Positions 50,751-62,323 are shown, counted from the stretch's first letter. The stretch: 64,000 bases of DNA from an uncultured cyanobacterium (GCA_963740315.1 CAVUDP010000003.1:320001-384000); one strand, 5' to 3'. A program made the numbers and translations. The notes: generated by a model from the letters alone, not told the origin.

Positions 50751-52898
50751 TTACAACACCCTCCGAAAATAATCGCGATATAGTTGACACCTTGGTGTAA
50801 CGTGATTATTTTCACGAATTACTAATCCTAAACTGTGTAATTTATAAATTTCCATAGAATCTAATTCCACTCCCGCAGTTGAGTTAACTACTTGTTTAAA
50901 AGCTTGTACTAAATCCGGTGCTGAACGTAGTATATCTAATACATAACGCAGGTGATTGCGATAAATCCCAGCTTCTGTTGTTGCCGATCGCAATAAATCT
51001 TCTAAGGTTGTCTTTCCCGCTACAATGTCATACATTGCCAACCGTAACAAGTAAGGATGTCCTCCTACCATTCTCCTTAACTCTGGGAGCAGATTATCCT
51101 GGGTATTGATACCATGTCTCGTCGCTAAATCTTCTACTTGCTGCCGATCAAACTCTTGTAATTCTATGGGAACACCAGCATTAAAAGGTGATTGATGGTA
51201 ATCCAAGGGAATATAAACTTCGGTAGAATGAGCTAACACCAACCGCAGTCGTTTCCAAAGTTCAGAAATCTTACCTTTTTCATGCCAAGAGCGCAACATC
51301 CCGAAGAAATCTTCTACTATTTCGCTATAGGGAAATAATCTATCGACTTCATCTAAAACTAATACTAAAGGGGAATTTATTGGTTTTAAGATGTACTTTT
51401 TAAAATAAGCCGTACAGTTGTCGTTACTACCTAAAAATGAAGTATTCCAAGCGCTATCGACTTGATTTTCAAGTTCAAGATCCAAAGAAACTTTACTACA
51501 CAACCAGCGGAGAAATTTATCCAAATTGGTAATGAATTCCTTATTCACACCACCCAAATCCAAATACACTGCTTGATAATTCAGCTTTTCTCCCTGAGCA
51601 ACAATCCGTCTCGCTAAAGAAGTTTTACCCATTAACTTTGGTGCTTTAATCCGAATTAAGGCAGCAGGTTTTTCTAAAGTTTGATAACAAAGAGACTCAA
51701 TACCATCCCTTTCTAAATAAAAAGGAGAATCGAGCGGTACAGCACCATCGGGATATTCCAACGACTGCATAAAAGTACTATTAATTATAGATTTTTGATT
51801 TTGCGATTGTGATTCTAAAGATTTTTCGTTGATAACATCCAAAATAATTCCGTCTTTTGCTCGCATAAAAAGTACTGGTGTAGCAAAATCCCGCTTATCT
51901 AATCCGACTTCCATCGAAATCGCATTGCGGGTTGATTGAATCGCTGCGTCTACCGGATAACCTAGCGCTAGAGTACGGTAAAATTCGTCTGTAAAAAGTT
52001 TGGCAGTAGAATCAAGTATCGTATATTGCATCGCTACAACTGCGGGAATTCCACGACGAACTAAGTTTGGTGCTGTGCCGCTCATAGCTTGATTTGAAGA
52101 GACTTTTGCACCTTGGCAGGAATTGAGAATCACCAAACCAATATTGCTATTTCCTAAGAAGAAATTGGCGAAACTCTCATCATCCAACAACTTGGATTTA
52201 CCATTATTATCTACAAGAGCAATGAAACCTTGATTATTTTCAAATACACCATGTCCGATAAAGTGCAAGATATTATAAGGCTTTTCTCGCAGCTTTTGGT
52301 TAATATTTTGGATAGTAGCAGCTTGTAAAATATCTAACTCAATTTCACCAGCTTCTATATGCTTCCCCAATGCTTCACGAATTAGTTTTTCTTCACCAAC
52401 AGCGTCTAAGGTGGCTAAATCAGTGGGAGTTGAGATAACTAACAAAACTTTGAGCGGTAAACTCGCTGCTTTAATATCCCGCTTTTGTAAAGGAATATCA
52501 ATATAACGAGAGACAACAGTTTCGGTGTTGTTTCCTAAAAAGGTATTAGTATCTTCATCGTAGAGAAATTCCCAGGGTAAGGAAGCTAATTCGGGAGATT
52601 CAAATATTAAACGCAAGCGGATGCTTTCTTGATTCGCTTGTGCGGCTGCTATGGTAGCGTGGAACCGAGCATTAATTTTATCGGGAAATAGTGCTTGGTA
52701 AAGTTGACTTCCTAAAGCTTTGAGCAATTCGCTATTTGTTTGTCCAGAGTTGATTAATTGTAAGCTCAGTTTAATTTGGTTATTTTGCCAGTGCAATTCA
52801 CCCGAAACCTCACCTTGTTCAGAAGAAGCGCGAATATGATGATTTTTATCAACTAATATTTGAAAATCTTGGTAATTCATTACGATTCGATTTGACAT
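50751..52898 (-). CDS. CHAT (caspase-like) protease fused to an AAA_35/STAND-like NTPase
   Basis: LPWEFL, LHFIGHG (His), LNSCQG (Cys), AVVAMQY; then APKLMGKTS, LVLDEVD, QSPFNAG, GGHPYL; start may be ATG 52898 or 52880. Confidence 0.88.
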   Translation of the reverse strand: MSNRIVMNYQDFQILVDKNHHIRASSEQGEVSGELHWQNNQIKLSLQLINSGQTNSELLKALGSQLYQALFPDKINARFHATIAAAQANQESIRLRLIFESPELASLPWEFLYDEDTNTFLGNNTETVVSRYIDIPLQKRDIKAASLPLKVLLVISTPTDLATLDAVGEEKLIREALGKHIEAGEIELDILQAATIQNINQKLREKPYNILHFIGHGVFENNQGFIALVDNNGKSKLLDDESFANFFLGNSNIGLVILNSCQGAKVSSNQAMSGTAPNLVRRGIPAVVAMQYTILDSTAKLFTDEFYRTLALGYPVDAAIQSTRNAISMEVGLDKRDFATPVLFMRAKDGIILDVINEKSLESQSQNQKSIINSTFMQSLEYPDGAVPLDSPFYLERDGIESLCYQTLEKPAALIRIKAPKLMGKTSLARRIVAQGEKLNYQAVYLDLGGVNKEFITNLDKFLRWLCSKVSLDLELENQVDSAWNTSFLGSNDNCTAYFKKYILKPINSPLVLVLDEVDRLFPYSEIVEDFFGMLRSWHEKGKISELWKRLRLVLAHSTEVYIPLDYHQSPFNAGVPIELQEFDRQQVEDLATRHGINTQDNLLPELRRMVGGHPYLLRLAMYDIVAGKTTLEDLLRSATTEAGIYRNHLRYVLDILRSAPDLVQAFKQVVNSTAGVELDSMEIYKLHSLGLVIRENNHVTPRCQLYRDYFRRVL

Positions 52899-53309
52899 CA
52901 CCACACCCAGCTAGAAATTCTGTTTCTCACGCATTTACAAAGGCTTACTTACTGATATTAAATAATACGTTTTTATTAAACTGATATTAAGCTTAAAAAA
53001 CATCCCTTCTCGTTAATAGTTTCATATTTCATCGACTTATGCACTTAGGTGATGAAATTAATTGACAATTGTTTGGTATATTTGACCGTATAAAAATAGA
53101 TGTTATATTTGTTTTCTTTAGTTCAAAATCAGTAGTGTTTAAAAATACTAATAATCTATAAAATCAGTATTTTTATAGAGAAAACTCCGATATTTTATCA
53201 ATAGGACTTGTATAAATAGTAAAAAAACATCCCATCCATGAGATAGGCGGAAGTGTCAATAAGAACTAGTACTGCTGCGCGTTCGTCAAAAGTCAAAAGT
53301 ATTTACAAT

Positions 53310-54713
53310 TCATTTCCCAATACAAAACTTACTAAAAATTCTATCTAACACAGATTCAGTAACTTCTTCTCCAGTAATTTCTCCTAAAGCGTTGATTGCA
53401 CCGCGTAAATCTATCGTCCAAAAATCAAAAGGTAATTCCTCTTCAATTGTGATTTGTACTTGTTCTAAAGATGTTTTGGCTTGAATTAGTGCAGCGGCTT
53501 GACGTTGATTGATTGCCAAATCCATATCGGAAGCTTCTAGATTACCAATTTGTACCTGTTCTAAAATCGCAGTTTCTAATGCTTCAATTCCTTCGTTTTT
53601 TGCTGCTGCTGTGAAGATTTTAGATTCTATATTTAGAATGTTTTGGATTTTGGATTGGAGTGATTTATTTAATTCTTCTTCAACTAAATCAATTTTATTA
53701 ATTACTAATATTAAAGGACGATGTTTTACCTGTTCGTAAATAATTTCATCATCTTTCGTCCATCCCGTGGTTGCATCGATGGTAAATAATACCAAATCTG
53801 CTGCTTGTGCGGCATTGCGGGAACGTTCGACACCAATCTTTTCTACTCGATCTTCTGTATCGCGGATGCCTGCTGTATCTAATACTTGTACGGGTATGCC
53901 ACCCACAACTAACTGAGATTCAACTACATCGCGGGTGGTTCCCGGTAAATCGGTGACGATCGCGCGATCGCTACGACTCCAAGCGTTTAATAAACTTGAT
54001 TTTCCCACATTCGGACGACCAACAATAGCTACTTTTAAACCCGTGCGTAACAGTTCGCCTTTATCGGCAGTTGTTAATAACAAAGCAATCTCTGCTAAAA
54101 CATTTTTAACATCCGAGATTATTGCTTCAACATCCAAGGGGGGTAAATCTTCCTCAAAATCTATTCTTGCTTCAATTTCTGCGACAATATCCAAACATTT
54201 AGCGCGTAACTGACGGATGGAATCGGCTAATTTTCCTTGCAAACCAGCTAATGCTGTTTGAGCCGCTTGAGGAGATTTTGCACCAACTAGATCGGAAATG
54301 CTCTCTGCTTGAGATAAATCAATTCGTCCGTTCAAAAAGGCTCTTAACGTAAATTCCCCCGGTTGCGCGAGTCTAGCACCGCCTTCCAGACATAATTTCA
54401 ATACCTGCTGCACCGCCATAATTCCCCCATGACAGTGAAATTCTACAACATCTTCGCGGGTGTAGGAACGAGGAGCTTTCATAACTAACAACAGCGCTTC
54501 ATCCACTAATTTTTGCGTTTGCGGATGACGAATATAACCGTACACAATGCGGTGCGATTCCACAACTTGTTTACCCGGTGCGTGGAAAATAGAATCAGCA
54601 ATTTGTAAAGCTTCCGAACCAGAAAGCCGTACAATCCCCACACTACCCTGTTGGGGTACAACAGCAGTGGCGATCGCCGCGATGGTTCCGGTTGTAGCAA
54701 AGGTTTCAGGCAT
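53310..54713 (-). CDS. mnmE: tRNA uridine-5-carboxymethylaminomethyl(34) synthesis GTPase
   Basis: [29 protein letters not shown], terminal FCIGK. Confidence 0.98.
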   Translation of the reverse strand: MPETFATTGTIAAIATAVVPQQGSVGIVRLSGSEALQIADSIFHAPGKQVVESHRIVYGYIRHPQTQKLVDEALLLVMKAPRSYTREDVVEFHCHGGIMAVQQVLKLCLEGGARLAQPGEFTLRAFLNGRIDLSQAESISDLVGAKSPQAAQTALAGLQGKLADSIRQLRAKCLDIVAEIEARIDFEEDLPPLDVEAIISDVKNVLAEIALLLTTADKGELLRTGLKVAIVGRPNVGKSSLLNAWSRSDRAIVTDLPGTTRDVVESQLVVGGIPVQVLDTAGIRDTEDRVEKIGVERSRNAAQAADLVLFTIDATTGWTKDDEIIYEQVKHRPLILVINKIDLVEEELNKSLQSKIQNILNIESKIFTAAAKNEGIEALETAILEQVQIGNLEASDMDLAINQRQAAALIQAKTSLEQVQITIEEELPFDFWTIDLRGAINALGEITGEEVTESVLDRIFSKFCIGK

Positions 54714-54768
54714 TGGGGATTGGGAGAGATGGGGAGATGGGGAGAGGGGGGAGAGGGGGGAGATGGGG
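54714..54768. repeat. G-rich short tandem repeats (GGGGAGAT-type)
   Basis: Tandem units upstream of mnmE; same family at 59450-59492 and 60942-61225. Confidence 0.8.
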
Positions 54769-54940
54769 TAGAAATTTTATTTTGTTACTAACTCCTAACT
54801 CCGCTGGTTCTTTACAGACGTAATGTATTACGTCTCTACAACTTAATCTAAAATCTAAAATCCAAAATCGTAATGCGCGTTAATATTTATCCAGAAGCTA
54901 ATATCTGTTTTGTAAAAGTATTAGTAAGAGGGGAGTCACT

Positions 54941-55144
54941 ATGGAAGAACAAAAAATTAATTGCGCTGAAGCCTGCGTTAATGGCTGTGTTTTAGGAGAC
55001 AAATGTCCGAATAAAGAGTATGGGCAACAAGCATCACAGTTTGTTCAAGATACTTCTTTGGATCAAATGCTCGAAATGGCGGAAGTCGCCAGAATGAAAA
55101 AATTGTCGGAGCCGCCTAAATGGGTTATTCCCGATGAAATTTAA
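54941..55144 (+). CDS. Small Cys-rich conserved hypothetical protein
   Basis: CAEACVNGCVLGDKCPN; GGGGAG RBS upstream. Confidence 0.78.
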   Translation: MEEQKINCAEACVNGCVLGDKCPNKEYGQQASQFVQDTSLDQMLEMAEVARMKKLSEPPKWVIPDEI

Positions 55145-55163
55145 TTAAATTAAGTTTAATTAT

Positions 55164-55187
55164 AGGACAGCCCAAAGTGGCTGTCTT
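55164..55187. terminator. Hairpin between convergent genes (probable terminator)
   Basis: AGGACAGCC-CAAAGT-GGCTGTCTT. Confidence 0.5.
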
Positions 55188-55220
55188 AATTCCAAAATTT
55201 TCATTTCAAGTTTTTTTCTT

Positions 55221-56015
55221 CTATAAATTATCTATATCTATATTCAACTCTCTTAATTTTGCTGCTAAACGTTCGGCACGTTGGGCTTCTTGGTTTGCTC
55301 GCTGGGTTTCTTGGTTTGCTCGCTGTGTTTCTTGGTTTGCTCGCTGGGCTTCTTGGTTTGCTCGCTGTGTTTCTTGTTGTGCTAATTCTTCAGGAGTTGG
55401 AAGTAGTTCCCCTTCAGGGGTAAAATAACGTAACTGTCCTTGATCAATTCCGAGAAATAAACCTAACTGCTCGCTCCATAACCAACCTTGCTCGTTCGCT
55501 TCTAGTGGCTGATATTCACCATCAACTAAATGAAATCCTTTAAATTCTAAACTTACAGGATCAAACCAGAAATAATCTGGAGTGCGAAAGGTATCTTGAT
55601 AAATTTGTTTTTTTAAATCTCTATCTGTTGCTGCCGTAGAGTTGGAAAGTATTTCTACAATAATATTTGGATACTTACCGTCTTCTTCCCAAACTACCCA
55701 ACTTTTACGCGGTTTGCGTTCGGTTGCTAATACTGCAAAAAAATCTGGGCCACGAAACTTTTCTGACTTCAACTGACGCTTACTGTAGTAAATAGTCAGA
55801 TTTCCAGCAACATAAAAGTCATTGCGGTTTTGCCAAAATAATTCCAGACACTGTATCAGCAGAATCATCTGCTTTAAATGCAAATCGCTTTCCAAAGGTG
55901 GCTCGTCGCTGTATAAATCCCCTGGAGGAAATATTACATCATTTGGGATGTCTAATTCTACCGTTTCTTCTACGGTTTCTAATTCTGCCGTTTTTAATTC
56001 TTTAGCAACAGACAT
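55221..56015 (-). CDS. Uma2 (DUF820) endonuclease-family protein with heptad-repeat tail
   Basis: SDEPPLES, FRGPDFF, YPNIIVEILS; 21-bp repeats encoding ANQE(T/A)QR. Confidence 0.9.
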   Translation of the reverse strand: MSVAKELKTAELETVEETVELDIPNDVIFPPGDLYSDEPPLESDLHLKQMILLIQCLELFWQNRNDFYVAGNLTIYYSKRQLKSEKFRGPDFFAVLATERKPRKSWVVWEEDGKYPNIIVEILSNSTAATDRDLKKQIYQDTFRTPDYFWFDPVSLEFKGFHLVDGEYQPLEANEQGWLWSEQLGLFLGIDQGQLRYFTPEGELLPTPEELAQQETQRANQEAQRANQETQRANQETQRANQEAQRAERLAAKLRELNIDIDNL

Positions 56016-56267
56016 AGTAGCAAGTATTAAAGTGCTATAAGTCTAGCGTAGCGTGAGATAACTTTAATATTGATGCTCACTATCGAAAGGATCTTAATTG
56101 CTTTTTATACTTCAATGAAAACTCTGCGGTTTTTTAATCGGTAATCTTCTGTAATACATTCCTATACTCTGCCAAAGATCAAATATATAAAGAAAAATAC
56201 AATATCTCCCACCAGCTTCAAAACTAAAAGATAGAATAATTGCGTTGTTTGGCAAACTATTAAAATA

Positions 56268-57632
56268 ATGGGAATATCAGCTATAGCCAGAGAAAAATTA
56301 CTGGCTCGTCAAAAACTACCCGATTTCTTCGGTACGGAAGCAGTAAAACCCAGTTACGACGGACTTGGTTTGAGTAATATTGCTTCGTTGGCAATTGAAT
56401 GGCTGGCTCCCGATGCCCCCACTTTGAGTGAAGAAACTGCTTCACCCGCTTTCAACCCGGAATTATTAGCAGCACCTGAAATAACGGAAGCTTGGAAATC
56501 TTGGCAAAACCAAGCATCAATCAATCATGTGGTGTTGTTAATTCTGGATGGTTTCGGTTACGAGCAATTACAAACCCTTGCAGATTCAAAAGATGCACCT
56601 GCGATCGCACAAGCTTGTAATAGTTCGCAAGCTTTTTTTATGCCCGCTACTTCGGTTTATCCTAGTACTACCGTCACGGCTTTAACTTCGGCAGCTACTG
56701 GTTACGCTCCCGCACAACACGGGATGATGGCGACTAATCTTTATATGCGCGAAATTGGCACTATAGTTAATTTTATTGGTTTTCGTCCCCAGGTTGCTGC
56801 TAGTAGAAGTTCTTTTCCCGACACAATATTTAATCCTGAAAATCTGCTTCCCATTCCAAATATATATTTACGCATGGAGAAAGCGGGAATAGATGTAGAA
56901 ATTATCAATTTTGAGCAGTTTAAACAAACAAGTATCAGCAGATTTACTAGCGCTGGTTCGGAAGCTGGAAATAGTAATTTTAAAGGTTATCGTACACCCT
57001 CGGATGCTTTTGCTCAATTGCGCGAAAGTTTGTTAGCAAAAAGCAGTCATCAAAAAAGTTTTACTTATGTATACGTACCTACTATAGATGCAGTTTCTCA
57101 CCGTTACGGTCCCCTGAGTTCTTCTTATAAAGCGGAAGTAGCGACATTAGATTTTGCTTTAAAAAAACAACTTATCGAACCTTTAACAGGTCGTAACGAT
57201 ACCGTTTTGTTACTTACAGCCGACCACGGACAAAGGTATAATCCCTTAGAAAATACACTTTGGTTAGAAGAACATCCTAAGTTAACTCAAAATTTATTTG
57301 CTCCGACAACGGGTGAGTCGCGAGTGAGTTATTTACACGTTAAGCACGATAAACAAGCTGCTGTATCAGATTATATTAAGCAGAATTTTAGCGAAAACTT
57401 TTTTACCATAACCCCATCTGAAGCGATGGAATTAGGATTATTTGGACTTCCAGGTAAACCTTTGAGTATAGAAGCTCAACATAGAATTGGCGATTTACTA
57501 CTTATTTCTCATAAAGACTGGATATGTCGTCAACATATAACTAATGAAGAACGCTATAAAGGACATCTTGGAGTTCATGCAGGATTGAGTAGTGCTGAAA
57601 TGTTGATTCCGTTTCTTGCTTATCGGTTTTAG
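56268..57632 (+). CDS. Alkaline phosphatase superfamily protein (nucleotide pyrophosphatase/phosphodiesterase-like)
   Basis: LILDGFG, PSTT nucleophile, DAVSH, TADHG, HAGLS. Confidence 0.87.
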   Translation: MGISAIAREKLLARQKLPDFFGTEAVKPSYDGLGLSNIASLAIEWLAPDAPTLSEETASPAFNPELLAAPEITEAWKSWQNQASINHVVLLILDGFGYEQLQTLADSKDAPAIAQACNSSQAFFMPATSVYPSTTVTALTSAATGYAPAQHGMMATNLYMREIGTIVNFIGFRPQVAASRSSFPDTIFNPENLLPIPNIYLRMEKAGIDVEIINFEQFKQTSISRFTSAGSEAGNSNFKGYRTPSDAFAQLRESLLAKSSHQKSFTYVYVPTIDAVSHRYGPLSSSYKAEVATLDFALKKQLIEPLTGRNDTVLLLTADHGQRYNPLENTLWLEEHPKLTQNLFAPTTGESRVSYLHVKHDKQAAVSDYIKQNFSENFFTITPSEAMELGLFGLPGKPLSIEAQHRIGDLLLISHKDWICRQHITNEERYKGHLGVHAGLSSAEMLIPFLAYRF

Positions 57633-57967
57633 GTGACTGTTTCTCCTTTTCCGTTAAAAGTAGTCGATGTAAAGTAAATTCTTTGTCCGCGATCGGCAAT
57701 TTATCGCTTTCTTGAACGCTAGCTGTAAATATAAGGACTAAAGTCCTTACTACAAACCAAAGATTAATTGCTTCGTCTTTCTCAGCAGTATTTCGGATAA
57801 ATAAAAATATAGCAATATATCAAGGCTATAAAAACTGAGTTAAACTGGATTATCGTATTCTTGCATTTGCTCCCAAACTTAGATTGTGTAGGGATTGCAA
57901 GCAAGAGTAAAGAATTCTATATCTCCTTCCAAATGGGGGATTTTTGTTTTTGAGGTAGTTAAAATCA

Positions 57968-59362
57968 ATGAATCAAGTTGATTTGGCGTTCGCACCGGCG
58001 TTAAAACAGTCAGAATTAATCCGTCGTAAGGAAGTGTCGCCGCTAGAGTTAGTAGAATTATATTTAGAACGCATTCAACAATTCGATCCGCAGTTGGGAA
58101 GTTATTTTACTGTTGCGGCAGAACAGGCGATCGCTGATGCTAAAAGCAAAACCGAAATGTTGGCACAAGCTGAAGATTTGCCATTATTTTTCGGGGTACC
58201 AATTTCAATTAAAGATTTGAATCCAGTTGCTGGTGTTCCTTGTAGCTACGGTAATGCAGCATTACTTGGTAATGTACCCGATTATGATGATGGTGTCGTA
58301 GTCAAAATTAAACAAGCCGGATTTATTGTATTAGGTAAAACGGCAAGTTCGGAATTAGGTTCATTTCCATACACTGAAGCTACGGGTTTTCCCCCAACTA
58401 GAAATCCTTGGAATTTGGAATATACTTCTGGAGGTTCCAGTGGTGGGGCTGCGTCGGCACTGGCAGCGGGTTTGTGTGCGATCGCTCAAGGCTCTGACGG
58501 TGGCGGTTCGATTCGGGGACCTGCGGCTTGTTGTAATTTGGTTGGTATCAAGCCATCCAGAGGAAGAATTACTCACGCACCAGTTGGCGATCGCCTGAAT
58601 GGAATTGCTACAAATGGACCTATAGGAAGGACTGTAGCCGATGCAGCCGCTTTGTTAGATGCCATGTCTGGCTATGTGACGGGAGATTCCTACTGGTTGC
58701 CAGATCCGGAAAAATCATTTTTAACTGCTAGCGAAGAAAAAGTAGAAAATCTACGTATTGCCTTTTGTACGAGCATTCCTCCTTTAGGAGAAGCAGACGC
58801 TAGCTGTCATCAAGGTGTAATCCAAACAGTTAAATTATTAGAAGAATTTGGTCATCAAGTAGAAGAAAAATGTCCCGACATCAGCGGTTTAATAGAACCA
58901 TTTCAGATAGTTTGGCAAAGCAATGTAGGCGCTTGTGGAGTTCCCGCAGAAATTTTACAACCTTTAAATCGCTGGTTATTATCAAGAAGTTGTTCGGCTG
59001 GTGAATACCTGCGAGCAGTTTACCAGATGCAGATGGTAGCGCGACAAATCGTCATGTTTTTCGACACTATAGACGTGTTAGTTATGCCAGTTTATCTACA
59101 TTCACCCATCCGCATCGGTGAATGGGCTGCATTAAGTCCAGAAGAAATATTTGACAACATAGTTCACTGGATTGCACCTTGTCCAGCAGCCAATGCCACC
59201 GGACAACCTGCAATATCGCTTCCCGTTAGTTTCGACGACAAAGGTTTACCCATAGCAGTACAGCTAATCGGAAAACCCAACGACGAAGCAACTATCATCA
59301 AGCTAGCAGCACAATTAGAAACAGCAAATCCCATGTACAAAAAACGTCCGAACAATTATTAA
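57968..59362 (+). CDS. Amidase signature family protein
   Basis: SIKDL, SGGSSGG, GSDGGGSIRGP. Confidence 0.93.
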   Translation: MNQVDLAFAPALKQSELIRRKEVSPLELVELYLERIQQFDPQLGSYFTVAAEQAIADAKSKTEMLAQAEDLPLFFGVPISIKDLNPVAGVPCSYGNAALLGNVPDYDDGVVVKIKQAGFIVLGKTASSELGSFPYTEATGFPPTRNPWNLEYTSGGSSGGAASALAAGLCAIAQGSDGGGSIRGPAACCNLVGIKPSRGRITHAPVGDRLNGIATNGPIGRTVADAAALLDAMSGYVTGDSYWLPDPEKSFLTASEEKVENLRIAFCTSIPPLGEADASCHQGVIQTVKLLEEFGHQVEEKCPDISGLIEPFQIVWQSNVGACGVPAEILQPLNRWLLSRSCSAGEYLRAVYQMQMVARQIVMFFDTIDVLVMPVYLHSPIRIGEWAALSPEEIFDNIVHWIAPCPAANATGQPAISLPVSFDDKGLPIAVQLIGKPNDEATIIKLAAQLETANPMYKKRPNNY

Positions 59363-59492
59363 TAAATAGTTAGGAGTACTTCGACAAGCTCAGTAACCTT
59401 ATTGAGTTAGGAGTTAAGAGTTAAGAGTTAAGAGTTAATAATTATCTCCTTGTCCCCTTGTCTCCCCATCTCCCCATCCCCCCATCTCCCCA

Positions 59493-60296
59493 TCACCTCT
59501 TACACCGCTTCCCCTTCGGAGTTGCATCAGGATAAAAGGTAATAATTCCGTTATTTTTTCTTACAAAAACTGTGGGGAAAGTTATTCCTGTTTGCTTATC
59601 TAACTGTTGATATATACAAGCACCTTCGGTGTTATTTTGTTGTTTAAATACTTTAGTTACATCTACTAAAAGTTCTTCGGCGTTAGATAAATAACCATAA
59701 CCTTTAATTTCATCTCTTACGGTACGATTGGGCTGTTTTATAACTACACCCATTGTATAAATGACACCTGGAACAACTTCTTGTCTTCCAGGATTTACCG
59801 GGAGTCTTCCAGCAATCTTTTCTTGTTGTAGCTGTAAATATCTGCCGGAAAAATGCAATCCGCCAATATCATTTGCATTGTATATTTCACCACAGAATAT
59901 ATGTTCAAAACCTTTATTTTTAAACCAAATACTGGTTAAATCTTGTAAAAATTCTGACTTACTTTTGCGATCGCGACGCAATTCACCTTGAGTAGCCTGT
60001 TGAATTTTTGTCAATACTTGCGGGTAATCTGATAAAAGCTGTTTAAATTTATTTGGCTGAACTCGCGTACCAATAGCACCGCAAGTTTTAAGTACCGCTT
60101 TATCAAAAGAATTTAGCTTAAGTGCGGGTGGTGTAATATCTAATTTAGCTCCCGATGGATAGTTAACCGGAACCGGGTTATCTTGATTATCGAAAAAAGG
60201 TAAAAGTTCTGTATCTTGCTGCTGAGCATTGGCTGGGTTTAATGCGATCGCAGAAATTAAGACTAAAGTAGTAAATCTGCCGAAAATTAGTTTCAT
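59493..60296 (-). CDS. Secreted bacterial EndoU-domain nuclease
   Basis: Signal peptide (ANA-Q), GFEHIFCGE, IGGLH, terminal IITFYP; start placed at ATG 60296. Confidence 0.8.
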   Translation of the reverse strand: MKLIFGRFTTLVLISAIALNPANAQQQDTELLPFFDNQDNPVPVNYPSGAKLDITPPALKLNSFDKAVLKTCGAIGTRVQPNKFKQLLSDYPQVLTKIQQATQGELRRDRKSKSEFLQDLTSIWFKNKGFEHIFCGEIYNANDIGGLHFSGRYLQLQQEKIAGRLPVNPGRQEVVPGVIYTMGVVIKQPNRTVRDEIKGYGYLSNAEELLVDVTKVFKQQNNTEGACIYQQLDKQTGITFPTVFVRKNNGIITFYPDATPKGKRCKR

Positions 60297-60361
60297 CAGA
60301 AGATCGGTATTTGCTGTGAGATACAAGTGTTCTAACATACCCTCCCGAAAAGTTGGTAATT

Positions 60362-60528
60362 AGGTTCGTAGTAAGCGATTTATCGCTCAACAAAACAGAC
60401 ACACGATCCGATTACCCTTTAAGGTTCGTAGTAAGCGATTTATCGCTCAACAAAACAGAAATCACACGATCCGATTACCCTTTAAGGTTCGTAGTAAGCG
60501 ATTTATCGCTCAACAAAACAGAAATCAC
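60362..60528. repeat. Tandem array of ~2.7 units of 60/63 bp, each with a REP-like hairpin
   Basis: AGGTTCGTAGTAAGCGATTTATCGCTCAACAAAACAGA starts at 60362, 60422 and 60485. Confidence 0.92.
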
Positions 60529-60629
60529 CAGAATTTCCTTGTATCTACCCTTAGAGCAAACAGAAAATAGCGAATAAACTGAATACATCAATCGACAAAC
60601 AATTGATTTACGTTTAACGCTTTAACAGA

Positions 60630-60848
60630 ATGTTTAAAAAGTCTTCTATTATATTGATACTTTTACTATTTGCGCTATTCGTCGGTATTGGCGATAGTGT
60701 CTTACCGGAACCGATGAAATCTGCTAGCCTAAATACTCGGAAAACAATTAATAAAAATTTAATTGGGCTATTCCCCACTCGCGAATCGAAACTTAAACCT
60801 CACGAAAGAACTAATAAAGCTATAGAAGAAGTTGAACGAGGGAAGTAA
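60630..60848 (+). CDS. Small hypothetical membrane/secreted protein
   Basis: Hydrophobic N-terminus followed by GDSVLPEP; 72 aa. Confidence 0.7.
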   Translation: MFKKSSIILILLLFALFVGIGDSVLPEPMKSASLNTRKTINKNLIGLFPTRESKLKPHERTNKAIEEVERGK

Positions 60849-60849
60849 A

Positions 60850-60932
60850 AGTTAGGACCACCGGACCACCGGAGTTAAGAGTTAGGACCACCGGAGTTAA
60901 GAGTTAGGACCACCGGACCACCGGAGTTAGGA
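60850..60932. repeat. Mosaic short tandem repeats (GGACCACC / GAGTTAA / GAGTTAG)
   Basis: Directly visible interleaved 7- and 8-mers. Confidence 0.85.
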
Positions 60933-60963
60933 ATTTTATTTTTACCATCTCCCCATCTCCCCC

Positions 60964-61200
60964 TCTCCCCCGCTCGCCGCACGCTCCGCGTGTTCAGCGC
61001 GGCACGACTCGTTAGAGTAACGGGTTGCGCCACTTCTCTCAACGCGGGGAACCCGCGCACGTTTTGGGCTTACCATCTCCCTATCTCCCCCGCTCGCCGC
61101 ACGCTCCGCGTGTTCAGCGCGGCACGACTCGTTAGAGTAACGGGTTGCGCCACTTCTCTCAACGGTCGTGTTCCTCCGCACGTTTTGGGCTTACCATCTC
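60964..61200. repeat. Two tandem ~120-bp GC-rich dispersed-repeat-like units
   Basis: 81-bp identity at 60964-61044 and 61084-61164; both units end GCACGTTTTGGGCTTACCATCTC. Confidence 0.9.
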
Positions 61201-61231
61201 CCCATCTCCCCCTCTCCCCATCTCCAGATAC

Positions 61232-62323
<1,092 letters not shown>

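Noticed and set aside
55221..56015. Uma2 genes as a restriction/defence system
   Set aside because: Highly multicopy family in cyanobacteria; no methyltransferase or partner gene adjacent
60362..60528. CRISPR array
   Set aside because: Sequences between the hairpins are near-identical, so this is a tandem duplication
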